64,000 nucleotides of DNA from Malacoraja senta (Eukaryota): contig CM075988.1 of the NCBI GenBank assembly GCA_038087875.1, positions 18,292,001 through 18,356,000 of the forward strand, read 5' to 3'. This document shows positions 1 through 11,348 of this stretch, in pieces (position 1 is the stretch's first letter; every line of letters starts with the position of its first letter). The notes beneath the pieces are model-generated. The model saw only the letters and a program-made list of their open reading frames with translations, searched no databases and was not told the origin of the DNA. Made by a program: the position numbers and the translations under genes.

Positions 1-639
1 ATGGCCGTGCTGGATCGAAGGGCCGAAAGGCCTACTCCTGCACCCATTTTCTATATTTCTGTTTCCCACTGACCAGTTGGCAAGGCATGACGAGCCTGCT
101 TCAAATTCTCACCCCCACCCACGTATACTTGTGTCTCATTTGGCCAAGGAGTGTCTCGTAAATTAGGCGACACTTCATGTAATTTATTCAGAATGCTTAG
201 CACCAATTTAACACAAAGCCCGGAGTCAAATTTTAACACAGGACTGTTCTGGTTTACTGAAGGGGCTCAGCCAGAACACACTGTACAGCATTAGTTCAGG
301 ACGAGAAATCAACACTTGGTCTGGGCCAGAGGGGGAATGCAGAAATCCCAGGATAATAGGGAGTTGTACAACGGCAAAACTGAAGATCTCGGAGAAAACA
401 CACGCGGTCACGGGGAGAACGTGCGGACAGCACTTGTAGTCGGGTTCAAACCCCGGGTCTCTGGTGCTGCAAGTGCTGTAAGGCAGTAACTCTACCGCTG
501 CACCACTGTGGCCGCCACCTGCTCAAACTCTGTGTCCTATGATTCCCTTATCCATGGCTAATCTCCCTACTCCTGCAGCCCAGTGCACTGTGCCGATTAC
601 AATATAAAGAGAAAAATATCCACGCCCCACCAAAGGATC

Positions 640-1008
640 TTACAGAGGTGGATAAAATCATAAGAGGAATAAATTGGGTCGACACATGGCGTCTCTTGCC
701 CAGACTGGGGGAATCGAGAACCAGAGGGCATAGGTTAAAATGAAGGGGGAAGATTTTACAGGAATCTGGGGGGTAACGTTTTCACGCAAAGTTTGGTGGG
801 TGCATGGAACAAGATGCCAGGGGAGGTAGTTGAGGCAGGGACTATAGCAACGTTTAAGAAGCAATTAGACAGGTAGATGGATAGGACAGCTTTAGAGGGA
901 TATGGGCCAAACACAGGCAAGTGGGACTAATGTAGATGGGACATGTTGGTCGGTGTGGGCAAGTTGGGCTGAAGGACCTGTTTCCACACCGTATGATCTA
1001 TGACTCTA
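640..1008 (+). mobile_element. CR1-clade LINE 3' fragment
   Basis: RT C-terminal remnant (agaaccagagggcataggttaaa...tggaac...gaggtagttgaggcagg) followed by a gggctgaagg...ctatgactct tail repeated many times in the window. Confidence 0.75.
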
Positions 1009-1309
1009 AGATGCAATACGAAGCAAAACAAATTCACAGCCGGGAATGAAGAATGATGTTATTAAAAATAATCATCCACATATTAACAGGCCCTTTGGGC
1101 CAAGTAATCCATGCCAAGCAAGATGCCCCATCTAAGCTCGTCCGATTTAACTGAGTTTGGACCATAGACCTCTAAACCTTTCCTATACATTGACCAGCTC
1201 AAATGTCTTTTAAAATGTTGTTATTGCACCTGCGGCAGTTCAGGGAGCAGCCAATTAGTGGTTTGTGCTGTAATGTTACTCTGAGACCAAAGCACAGGTT
1301 TTAATTTTA

Positions 1310-1590
1310 GTTTTAGGGATACAATGCAGATCCCTTTGGCCAACCGAGTCCATGGTGACCAGCTACTACCCCATACACTAGCATTATCTTATACACCAGG
1401 GATAATTTACAATTTTTACTGAGGCCAATAAACCTACAAACCTGCACATCTTTGGAGTGTGAGGGGAAACACACGTGGTCACAGGGAAATGTACAAACCC
1501 CGTACAGACAGTACACATAGACGGGATGGAACCCGGGTCTCTGGCGCTCTAAGACCACCGCTCTAAGGCTCTACGCCATCGTGCCGCTCA
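1310..1590 (-). mobile_element. tRNA-derived V-SINE (HE1-like)
   Basis: Reverse complement shows the tRNA-like head remnant, central cccacactccaaaga domain and CR1-like tail. Confidence 0.75.
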
Positions 1591-1938
1591 AAGAATTGTA
1601 TTGATGAAGTTGGTGCTGGTTGTCATTTTTGGGTCTGTATCCAACCACTAAGGCAGGTCTGGGAGGGAGTGGCCCAGCAGTAAATGCCGTTCCCACCCGG
1701 ACAGCGGTTTGCAGAAAACCCACGTGGTCACAGGGAGAACATACCAACTCCGTACAGACAGCACCCAGGACTCTGGCGTTGTAAGGCAAGAACTCTACCG
1801 CTGCGCCACCATGCCGGCCCCTTGTGTACGGGTGATCGTTAGTCAGCGTAGACCCCGTGGGCCGAAGGGCCTATTTCCACGCTCTATCTGTGATGTAAAG
1901 TCTATACGAGATACCCACTCAGTGTTTGTCTCTCCCAG

Positions 1939-2039
1939 CATGGGGCAGACATCATCCCAGACACTGAAGGCTGCGCACTGCATTCACTTGTCAGCGTTTT
2001 GCAGGACAGTTTTCTCGCAGTGACTCGGGTGGTCATGAG
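1939..2039 (+). CDS. Candidate internal exon, unidentified protein (HGADIIPDTEGCALHSLVSVLQDSFLAVTRVVM)
   Basis: Acceptor gtttgtctctcccag, donor AG|gtgagg, only one open frame, non-repetitive sequence. Confidence 0.4.
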
Positions 2040-2342
2040 GTGAGGCAGGAGCGGACCACGGGAAGCAGTTGATATCTTCAGCGAACACAAGAGGTCGCGG
2101 GGAAGATGGCAGTCAGGGCGTTCCCTGTTGTCCTTTCCCTGGAGCGGAGATTAATGACTGGAGCGGAGATGTAACTGTAACCAGGGCAACCTGACCACGT
2201 TATCCCCCAGGTTACAAGGGTCTTGTACCTCAGCACTGAATCGATGCGTTCAATAGCGTCCAGTTCTAAACGCAGGGCGGGTTAACATTTCACAAGGTGG
2301 GGGGGGGATTTGTGAATAGAGAAAAAACAACTGTCTCTGCAG

Positions 2343-2406
2343 GACTCTTGATCAGGCGGCGAGGAGAGACTCGCTGGACAAGACTGGACAATACACGACC
2401 AGATAG
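2343..2406 (+). CDS. Candidate terminal exon (RTLDQAARRDSLDKTGQYTTR*)
   Basis: Acceptor ctgtctctgcag; phase-compatible with 1939-2039. Confidence 0.25.
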
Positions 2407-2835
2407 CCACTGTGAGCAGCTGCCTGAAGATGGAGCCACTGACAGTCCCACAGCTGGAGAATGGAGCAGCAGAAATCAGTGCACACTTATGGCCCTGTCC
2501 CACTTACGTGCCCTTGGCACGCAAATTACGCGACATCATCGTCGCGTTGAGGCGCACGGGCATCGTCTGTCCCACTGAGAAGCGCGGAGGGGTATGGAGT
2601 TGTGCGCGGTATCGCACGGCGCTCCGAAATTCTGTAGCGAACAAAATCTTCGCGGGCCACCGGCCTGTCGCGTAACTGACGGCCAAAGTGGGACAGGCCC
2701 AAGACCCTGGTGCGACGCAACGTCTCACCTCCAACAGCAGCAGAAGCAGGCAAACGATCGCCGTGCTCGGCCTGGGGCTCATGGCCGTTGCGGTCCGGAT
2801 CCGCCCCCACTTCTACTCCCAGAGCGGGGCCAAGA

Positions 2836-3227
2836 GGGTCGGGAGGGAGGAGGGGGTCTCCCTGTCGGACTGCTCCTGGGCCTGGCCAAGATGGCCATTC
2901 GTGGGTCCAGGCAGCGGGCGGTCGATGGCCGCACAGCGGTCGGCTGCCTGCCCCTTTTCCGGGGTTACGTCCGTGACCGCGTGTCCCTAGAGAGGGAACA
3001 CGCGGTGTCCACGGGGACTGTGGAGGCCTTCTGTGAACGCTGGTCACCGCAGGAGGTTGAATATATTATGGATAAAAATGTTAATATTTTAATTTGATAA
3101 TTTTGTTTAAGTGTTTTTTAAATTGTGTGAGCTTTCTACCCTCCCTTGTAAATTGTACATTTGTTTAAAAATCTAATAAAAAAAAACATTTACGGAAAAA
3201 AAAGAAGAAAAAAAAGAAGAAGAAAAA
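2836..3227 (+). mobile_element. 5'-truncated Tx1/L1-clade LINE (ORF2 C-terminus, 3' UTR, A-rich tail)
   Basis: Peptide LLLGLAKMAI...FRGYVRDRVSLE...STGTVEAFCERW resembles the Tx1 ORF2 end; AATAAA plus A-rich tail; 15-bp TSD AGAGCGGGGCCAAGA at 2821-2835 and 3228-3242. Confidence 0.85.
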
Positions 3228-3254
3228 AGAGCGGGGCCAAGAAAATTGAAGATA

Positions 3255-3436
3255 AACACAAAATGCAGGAGTAACTCAGCGGGACCGGCAGCATCTCTGG
3301 AGAGAAGCAATGGGTGACGTTTCGGGTCAAAACCCTTCTTTCAGACTGAAGAAGAGTCTCGACACGAAACATCACCCATTGTTTGTCTCCAGAGATGCTG
3401 CCGGTCCCGCTGAGTTACTCCAGCATTTTGTGTCCA
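3255..3436. mobile_element. Fold-back pair of Penelope-terminal modules
   Basis: Two inverted ~90-bp copies joined at ttcag-a-ctgaag. Confidence 0.75.
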
Positions 3437-4009
3437 TCTTCAAATGACGTCACGCGCTCCAGACGGCTGTGCGGACGCATGAAGTCGCGCGTGACCTTCG
3501 CGGGACCGTTGCGTAATTAGCGTGCCAAGGACACGTAGGTGGGACAGGGGCTTTAGTTATAACCCAGGCAGCCATTCGATAGTGCAGACACTTCCCATCA
3601 AGCTCAAACAAAGATTTATCTTTCATCTGCAATAACAATTTTTAGCCATTGGTGATCTCAGGCACTCTGCAGGTGAGACGATACTTGGGTTTTTTTATTG
3701 ACCCAGAATCGGATGTGAAAGCGAATCTCCCACAGCACGGTGTTCTGTTAGCGGGCGTGATTGGCGGGCACTGTGCAGTTGGCTTAGTTTAATCTGTCAG
3801 AACCTAAACATCAACGTCTTGTTCATTTATCACCACAACTTGTTGTGTAGTTATGGGGAAGGCAAGGCCAAGCTTTAGTTCACATGTACATAATTGGTGG
3901 ACACTGCCTGGTCCATCAAGGGGTACTGTCCTCCCCACCATCGAAGAGATAGTTGTTAGTTTAGTTTTGTTTAGTTGGTGAGGCTCCATGTCAACATTAA
4001 TGACACCAG

Positions 4010-4312
4010 CTTAGTTTAGTTTAGAGATACAGCATGGAGACAGGCCCTTCGGCCCATCGAGTCGTCAATGTTGACCAGCGATCCCCGCACATTAACACTA
4101 TCCTATACACAATGTCCAATTATACCGAGCCAATTAACCTACAAACCTTTGCGTCTTTGGAGTGTGAGAGGAAGCCAGAGATCCCGGAGAAAACCCACGC
4201 AGGTCACGGGGAGAACGTACAAACTCCGTACAGACAGCTCCCCTGGTCTGGATCAAACCTCTGTCTCTGGCGCTTTATGGCAGCAACTCTACCGCTGTGC
4301 CACCGTGCCGCC
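4010..4312 (-). mobile_element. V-SINE (HE1-like), near full length
   Basis: Head gggcggcacggtggcacagcggtagag and (ctaaa)n tail on the minus strand. Confidence 0.85.
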
Positions 4313-4810
4313 CTACAAGAGTACCTAGCGTTATAGGAGTATCTGCCTCAAAAAGGCAGCCAATACCATCAAAGTCCCACGCCATCTTGGCCACGCTCTC
4401 ATCTCACTCCCACCATCGGGAAGAAGGTACAGGAGCCCGAATACTGTGAACGCATGAGTCTTTTACCTTGGATAGGGGAATCAAGAACCAGAGGATATAG
4501 GTTTAAAGTGGGAGGGGCAAGATTTAACAGGAACCCGAGCGGAAATCTTGACACAAAATGATGGTTAGTACGAGCTGCCAGAGGAGGTACTTGAGGCAAG
4601 TACTATAACAGCATTTAGAAGACATTTGGGCAGATACATGGCTAGGAAAGGTTTAGAGGGATGTGGGCCATATACAGGGCAATGGGACTGGCATAGATGG
4701 GGCATGTTGGTCGGCATGGCTGAGTTGGGCCGAAGGGCCAGTTTCTGTGCTGTATGACTCGATGAACACGACACACTAACTGTCATCTACTATGGACGGT
4801 GTCTTTAGAG

Positions 4811-5570
4811 CAAGGGTTTCCAACCTGGGATAAATAGAATAGAATGCCTTTTATTGTCATTCAAACAGACAAGGTTTGAACGAAATGTCATTCCTGCAGT
4901 CATGACATTACCAAAAAAACCAAGACGCACACTTAACACAATTTACACAAACATCCATCACAGTGAATCTCCAACACCTCCTCACTGTGATGTCTAACTG
5001 CAGCGTTGAGGTGACTGGGGCTCCCGATGTTAAAGCCCCCGGCGGGCGATGGTAAGTCCCGCTGCCGTTTAAGCCGCGCCGGATGATGTTAGGCCCCGCT
5101 CCAAGTAAATTAAACCCCACGATTCCGGCGGGAGAAGTTGCCGTTGCGGGAGCTCCGAAAAGCGGACTCCCACCAGGGACCTGCGAGCTCCCGGTGTTCC
5201 TGTCCACCGGGCCTGCGGCCGGAGCGTCCGAACCTCCGAAGTCGGGTCGCAGCCGCGCGCCACCGCAGCTCTCCCCGCTCCGAGGTCGGCCAGCTCCGCG
5301 ATGGTGAGTCCGCAGGCTCCACGACTGGAGCCCTCAAGTTGGTTCCGGTTGGAGGCCGCCGCCGGCTCCACGATGTTAGGCCCAACGACACTGGTGACCC
5401 GACAGGGAAAAAGTCGGGTCCCCGTACAGGGAAGAGACTAAACGGTTTCCCCCCCTCACAGATCAAGGTATCTGTTCATCATTAGTTGTTCATAAATAAG
5501 TGAAATAACATTATTATGTGCTATTAAAGTTGCCACGGGTAAATGGGACGAAAAAGGTTGGGAGCCCCTG
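4811..5570. mobile_element. hAT (Charlie-like) non-autonomous DNA transposon
   Basis: TIRs CAAGGGTTTCCAACCT / CAGGGGCTCCCAACCT; 8-bp TSD CTTTAGAG at 4803-4810 and 5571-5578. Confidence 0.8.
4833..5456 (-). mobile_element. GC-rich non-coding retroelement with Rex1/Babar-like tail
   Basis: Ends aatgacaataaaa + (ttcta)n on the minus strand; homologous to 30690-31183; nested inside the hAT element. Confidence 0.6.
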
Positions 5571-7018
5571 CTTTAGAGGCACGGTAGGCTTCAGTTTTGC
5601 ATCATTATGGTTACCTAGCATTATAGTTGATAATTTATTGTATTATTGATTACTATATATTCATCAATATGTTATCACGTTTACGAGCCGGTTAAGCTGC
5701 TGCAAGGAAGAATGTTATTGTTCCGTTGCTGGTACGAATGATAATTAAACTCTCTCCACTCTTGAGAACAGGTTCCACAGACCTGCCAGCCCAAAGGAGC
5801 AGATTATATAAGAACACATTGGACAGCCAAGTAGGAAAGCAGGTGGAGTTGCTGCCTTCAGAGTCCGCGTTCATTCCCGACTTCTGGTGCTTCCTGTGTG
5901 GGGTTTGCACGTCCTCCCCTGTGAATGTGCGAGTTTCCCCCAGGTGCTCCGGTTTCTTTCCACATCCCAAAGGTGTGCGTGTCGGGTCGGTTAAGTGGCC
6001 ACTGTAAATTGCCCCTCAGTTAGGTAGGCACAAGGCATCGATGGGCATATAGAGTAAGCTGCAAGGTTGCAGGGGTATAGGGAGGGGGCGGGGAGGGGGA
6101 AGGGGGAGTAGTAAGTCCCAAGGGACTATCCTGCTGAGAGTTGGCATGAATGTGATGGGCTGAAAGGCCTCCTTTAGTGCCACAACAAGAACTATTGGAA
6201 GTATTGTCGGGAAATAGGTTGGTATGGATGCAGAAGGGATTCACCATGATGCCACCTGGGCTTGTGGGCTTGAGGTATAGGGAGGCTTTTGTTTGGAGAG
6301 TAGGCAGATGAGGGGTGACTTTATTGAGATGTACAAGATGATAAGGGGCATTGATAAAGTCACACCCACAGCGTAGAGGATTCTAAAATTAGAGGGCGTA
6401 GGCTTAAGGTGAGAGGGGAGGGATTTAAAGGGACATTTTTACTCTCAGATACTTGTCTCAGATGGTTGATAGTTTCCTTGTGACCGTGTGGGTTTCCTCC
6501 GGGTGCTCCGGTTTCCTTCCACATCCCAAAGACGTGTGGATTTGTCAAATAATTGGCCTCAGTAAATTGCCCTGAGTGTGTAAAAAGTGGATGAGAAAGT
6601 GGGAAAACATAGAACTAGTATGAACGGGTGATCAATGGTCGGAGGGTGGGCTGAAGGGTCTGTTTCCATACTGTATCCATTAGGATCAGCTGCCGTCTCC
6701 TCCCTGGCCTCGGGGGAGAGAGGCTGGGCAGACAATTGATTAGTAAAGGTGTCAGAGGTTATGGGGAGAAGGCAGGTGAATGTGAGAGGGAGAGTTAGAT
6801 CAGCCATGATTGAATAGCAGAGTAGACTAGATGGGCAGAATGGCCTAATTCTGCTCGTATGAACTTGCAAACCTGTACGTCTTTGGAGTGTGGGAGGGAA
6901 CCAGAACACCCGGAGAAATCGCACACAGGTCATGGGGATAACCTATAGACAACACCCGTAGTCAGGATCGAACCCGGGTCTCTGGCGCTGCATGTGGTGT
7001 GAGGCAGCAACTCTACCG

Positions 7019-7100
7019 CTGCGCCACCATGCTGCCCCTACACCTGCGCCACCATGCTGCCCCTACACCTGCGCCACCATGCTGCCCCTACACCTGCGCC
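7019..7100. repeat. 25-bp tandem repeat, ~3.3 copies
   Basis: Unit ctgcgccaccatgctgcccctacac, spanning a SINE 5' end and its flank. Confidence 0.9.
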
Positions 7101-8651
7101 CCAGTGGATCAAGGAGTTGGATTGCCAGGGAGAAGATCAACACTGTGCCCTGAGGTGTATTATCTAATTGAGTTGAATGTGAACTCTGGACTTATCTGCG
7201 TGGCTTTCCTCAGGGGATCTTCGAGCTAAAAGCTAAAACAACCCGTACTAATTCTCCCTGTGCCTTCCAGCTGTTGGTGAGGAATCAGCATCTCCCATTG
7301 TTACAGGGAATTCTCAGCGTTGCTAAATCACACACCAGCTCCACATCTTATCCTGTTCAGACAATAATCTGATTCAAGATGCAACTGGGCCCAAACCTTC
7401 CCATCTGTGGTTCAACCAGAGCAAGCCTGTTAATCTCGCTTCCCTTCATCGGGGGGGGGGGCAGCACAACTGAGGAGATAGTTCACCCCGGCCGTTATCT
7501 TGTAGCAACAGGCCCAACGCCGGCCGGCTGGTTGCTATGGCAGTTATATTTCCAGCAGTTCTGTTCGAGAACAGAGGCAAAGTCGGGAACAGAGACCAGA
7601 GGTCGGTGCGGTGGAGCTGCTGCCTCACAGCCCTTCGTGAGTGAGGTGGGCTTCGGACCACTAACCAGTGATCACCCCGTACACTAGCACTATCCTACAC
7701 ACTAGCGAAAATGTACTATTCTATGTACAGACGCGATTTAACCTACTTTGAGTCCTCAGAGTGCGGGAGGAAACCGGAGCACCCGGAGAAAACCCACGCA
7801 GGCACTGGGAGAATTAGTATGGGTTGATTAGTACGAGTGTGCCAGGGTTATATGGGGAGAAGGCAGGAGAATGGGATTGAGAAGGAAAGATAGATCAGCC
7901 ATGATTGAATGGTGAAGTAGACTTGATGGGCCGAATGGCCAAATTCTGCTCCTATCACTAATGAAAATGTATAATGTCCGTACAGACATCACCTGTAGTT
8001 AGAATCAAACCCGGGACTCTGGAGCCGTAAGGCAGCAACACTACCGCTGGGGAGGGGAGAAGAGGGAGTGTCCGCGGTGGGACTAAAGTCTGAATGACTA
8101 AAGTTCCCAAACTTCTCCAAATCACGCTGACGGATGCTTGTCATTCCTCCCGCACCGTTCCCAGGGGGATCTGCTCCCCAGCTCGCTTCTTTACAACCTG
8201 TCTACAAACACACCGCTTCGCTTCCATCGAACACCCTGCACCAAGCGAGGAGAGTCAGTGCGGGGGACAACAGTCCCTGAATTGTTTGATATTTATGTAG
8301 TGTTATCAAAATGAAAACAGGAGAAAAAAATTGGATTTATATTTTTAGAAAACAGTTTAAAAAATAATCCTATTCACAGCACGGGGAGAATGCACTGGGC
8401 TTTTTAAAAAAAAATCATTGACTTTTATTATTTAAAACTCATGCCTGGAGTTCTTTATATTAAAAAAATTGTTCCCTCTCTAATCTTCACCCTTTCACTG
8501 GTACTGAAGGACTGAAGTTGATGGTCGATAAGGAGCTAGCAGTGGAAAGCGGGGTTCTGAAGGAGAACAGAGCAGAGGGATGAATGGAGAGGCAGACAAT
8601 CTTATCTTGCTAAAAAAGCGCACACAACTCTGCCTCAGAAATGTCCGTCGC

Positions 8652-8743
8652 TTAAAACAATTCTGGCGTGATGCGGTGGGCGATGGCTGACAGGCTGTGT
8701 GGTCTCAGTCCTTCCCACACCCATACCCCAAGAGATACCTTCT
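8652..8743 (-). CDS. Candidate terminal exon (..KVSLGVWVWEGLRPHSLSAIAHRITPELF*)
   Basis: cag acceptor, open frame to TAA, then unique sequence and AATAAA on the minus strand at 8424-8429; frame uncertain. Confidence 0.25.
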
Positions 8744-9465
8744 CTGGTGAGGTATCAGTGATAGAGGCAGAGATGTCTTCATGTTATAATGAAGATAGGC
8801 AACAAGTGCTGGAGTAGCTCGGCATGACAAGCAGCATCTCTGGAGAACATGGATAGGTGACGTTTCGGGACGGGACCTTTCTTCAGTCGGATTGTAGTTG
8901 GGGGTGAGGGGGGGGGGTAGGTGATGGGGGGTGCAGGAAGTGAGAAAGTAAAAAGTGGACAAATCGGGGCTGGCAACAGGTGACCTCAGGCAAGGAGGTT
9001 TCCTGATTGACTAATTGTTGGTTAGAGAGGGTGTTCATCCCACTTTATGTCCCCTTGTTGCCTCCCTCAGGTGGGGTTCTTCCAGACTGAAGGGTTTTCC
9101 ATGGTGTTACCACAGGGAGAGAGACTCCCCTGCCAGCGAAGGTACACTAATGGACATTAAACCAGCCACCGCTTCAGCTTTCAGCAGCTGGGAGTGAAAG
9201 GCAAAGAGCTGGAGGAACTCAGCGGGTCAAGCAGCATCTGCGGTGGCGGGCAGACAGGCGATGTTTCACGTTGGGACCTCTCTATAGAATCGAAGAAAGG
9301 ACCCTGCTTGGATTGTTGACAGCTGACTATGAAATGGGTCCCGGCCTGAAGCGCCACCTGTCCATTTACCGCCACAGCTCCACCAGCACTTTGCTTTCAC
9401 TCAGGGTTCCAGCATCTGCAGTCTCCCGAAGAATCTCCATTCTCCAGCGCCGGGAGGTCAGTCAC

Positions 9466-9521
9466 CTGCCCAGTGGCCACTCTCTCCAGATGTGAGGGAA
9501 CATCTGCGTGGAGGCCAACAC
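9466..9521 (-). CDS. Candidate 56-nt internal exon
   Basis: Acceptor tctgtctccag, donor CAG|gtgact; all three frames open. Confidence 0.3.
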
Positions 9522-9933
9522 CTGGAGACAGACCATGGTCAAGGTGTAACTTTACTGCACTGTGGGTGTCTCACTGTGGACCAGGGCAGACTCTGGGAAA
9601 ACACGCCGTTACTGAGGGAGCTCAGGCAGACTTTGACACCAGGGCTTGAAGTCCAGGCAACAAAACCCCGGCCCATTGGGCGCATCTGTGAAACTAATTG
9701 CTTTTATGTTCACGTATAAAATAAATTGATTTTATGCACGTGTGGTATATCTGATCTGATTGGACAGCATGTAAGATGCTTGTAGCATAGGTGGTGAGAG
9801 CGAGGAGGGTTGTTCTGGAACAACCAGCCTTCCTAAGGTGTCGTGGGCCCAACTCAATGAAACACCAGTGAAGGGAGGTGCCCACTTGATAACCCCAATG
9901 ATATACTTGCATCTACACGATCAGTTTTTGTTT

Positions 9934-10300
9934 AAACATAGAAACATAGAAAATAGGTGCAGGAGGAGGCCATTCGGCCCTTCGAGCCAGCACCGTCATT
10001 CATTGTGATCATGGCCGATCGTCCCCAATCAATAACCCGTGCCTGCCTTCTCCCCATATCTCTTGATTCCACTAGCCCCTAGAGCTCCATCTAACTATCT
10101 CTTAAATCCATCCAGTGACTTGGCCTCCACTGCCCTCTGTGGCAGGGAATTCCACAAATTCACAACTCTCTGGGCGAAAATGTTTTTTCTCACCTCGAGT
10201 CTTAAATGGCCTCCCCTTTATTCTAAGACCGTGGCCCCTCCTGGTTCTGGACTCGCCCAACATTGGGAACATATTTCCTGCATCTAGCATGTCCAGTCCT
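9934..10300 (-). mobile_element. CR1 (HER1-like) LINE 3' fragment
   Basis: ORF LDAGNMFPMLGESRTR..; tail cctcctcctgcacctattttctatgtttctatg. Confidence 0.9.
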
Positions 10301-10743
10301 TAAGAGCCAGTTAATATGTAGGTACCTGTTTTTTGCACACAGAGTTATTTATTGTAAGTTGGCATATTGAGTTAGGTAGTTAGATAATCCTTTGGCTTTG
10401 GGCTTGGCTTTCTTAGTTGAGTGCTTATCCTGCAGCTATAGCACAAGTATTTTGTGTTTTATTTGTAATCTGATCAAATTGGACAGCATGGAAAACAAAG
10501 CTTTTCACTGTACATGTGACAGTAATAAATGTAACCCAGAACACACGTCACCTGGTTCTTGCATCCCTCACCTGAAAAGGTTACTTTGGGTAAAGGACTC
10601 TGTGCATTCGCTCTGTTTATTCCCCTCATGATTTTATACACCTCTATAAGATCACCCCTCATCTTCCTGCGCTCTATGGACACAGCTGACAAAACCCTCA
10701 TGGTTGATCTCGGCATAAAGCACAAAGTACGGGAGGGCATAAT

Positions 10744-10835
10744 CAGTCTGAAGAAGGGTCTCGACCCGAAACGTCGCCCATTCCTCTCCAGAGATGCTGC
10801 CTCACCCGCTGAGTTACTCCAGCATTTTGTGTTCT
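10744..10835 (+). ncRNA. Penelope-terminal module with intact minimal hammerhead ribozyme core
   Basis: CTGAAGA-A-GGGTC-TC-GACCC-GAAAC-GTC at 10748-10775. Confidence 0.6.
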
Positions 10836-11295
10836 ATTTGGAAGGCGTTTGGAAGGGTACACGGTTAGGAAAGGTTTAGTGGGAATTAGGCCAAATACAG
10901 TTAAGTTTGACTTGGTAGACACAAAATGCTGGATTAGCTCAGTCGGTCAGGCAGCATCTCCAGAGAGAAGGAATGGGTCTCGACCCGAAATGTCACCAAT
11001 TCCTTCTCTCCAGAGATGCTGCCTGACCCGCTGAGTTACTCCAGCATTTTGCGTCTACCTTTGATTTAAACCAGCATCTGCAGTTCTTTCTTCCACATAA
11101 ACACATCTCTTGTTAGTTGATAATCCAAAATTGAGTCGGTAAACTGGATGATTTTGCATGAATCTTCACGAGAAGGTGATATTTTGGTCGATCCCGCGAA
11201 GCCCCTTGGCGTCTGTTGCTAAATCAAAGATGCTTCACTAATCTGAGCAGGCAGCAGACCCGGCGGAGATTCATTTGGAAGAAACGTCTCGCATC

Positions 11296-11320
11296 TCAGG
11301 CCGGAATGATTACTTTCACC
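11296..11320 (-). CDS. Candidate terminal exon (RVKVIIPA*; an alternative frame runs to 11219)
   Basis: Acceptor ctgtcctctctgtcag; phase-compatible with 14022-14092. Confidence 0.25.
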
Positions 11321-11348
11321 CTGACAGAGAGGACAGATAGGCTGCATC

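Larger units (their letters stand above)
2490..3552. mobile_element. PIF/Harbinger-like MITE with nested insertions
   Basis: ~43-bp imperfect TIRs (ggccctgtcccacttacgtgcccttggcacgc / gcgtgccaaggacacgtaggtgggacagggg); TTA on both flanks (2487-2489, 3553-3555). Confidence 0.75.
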
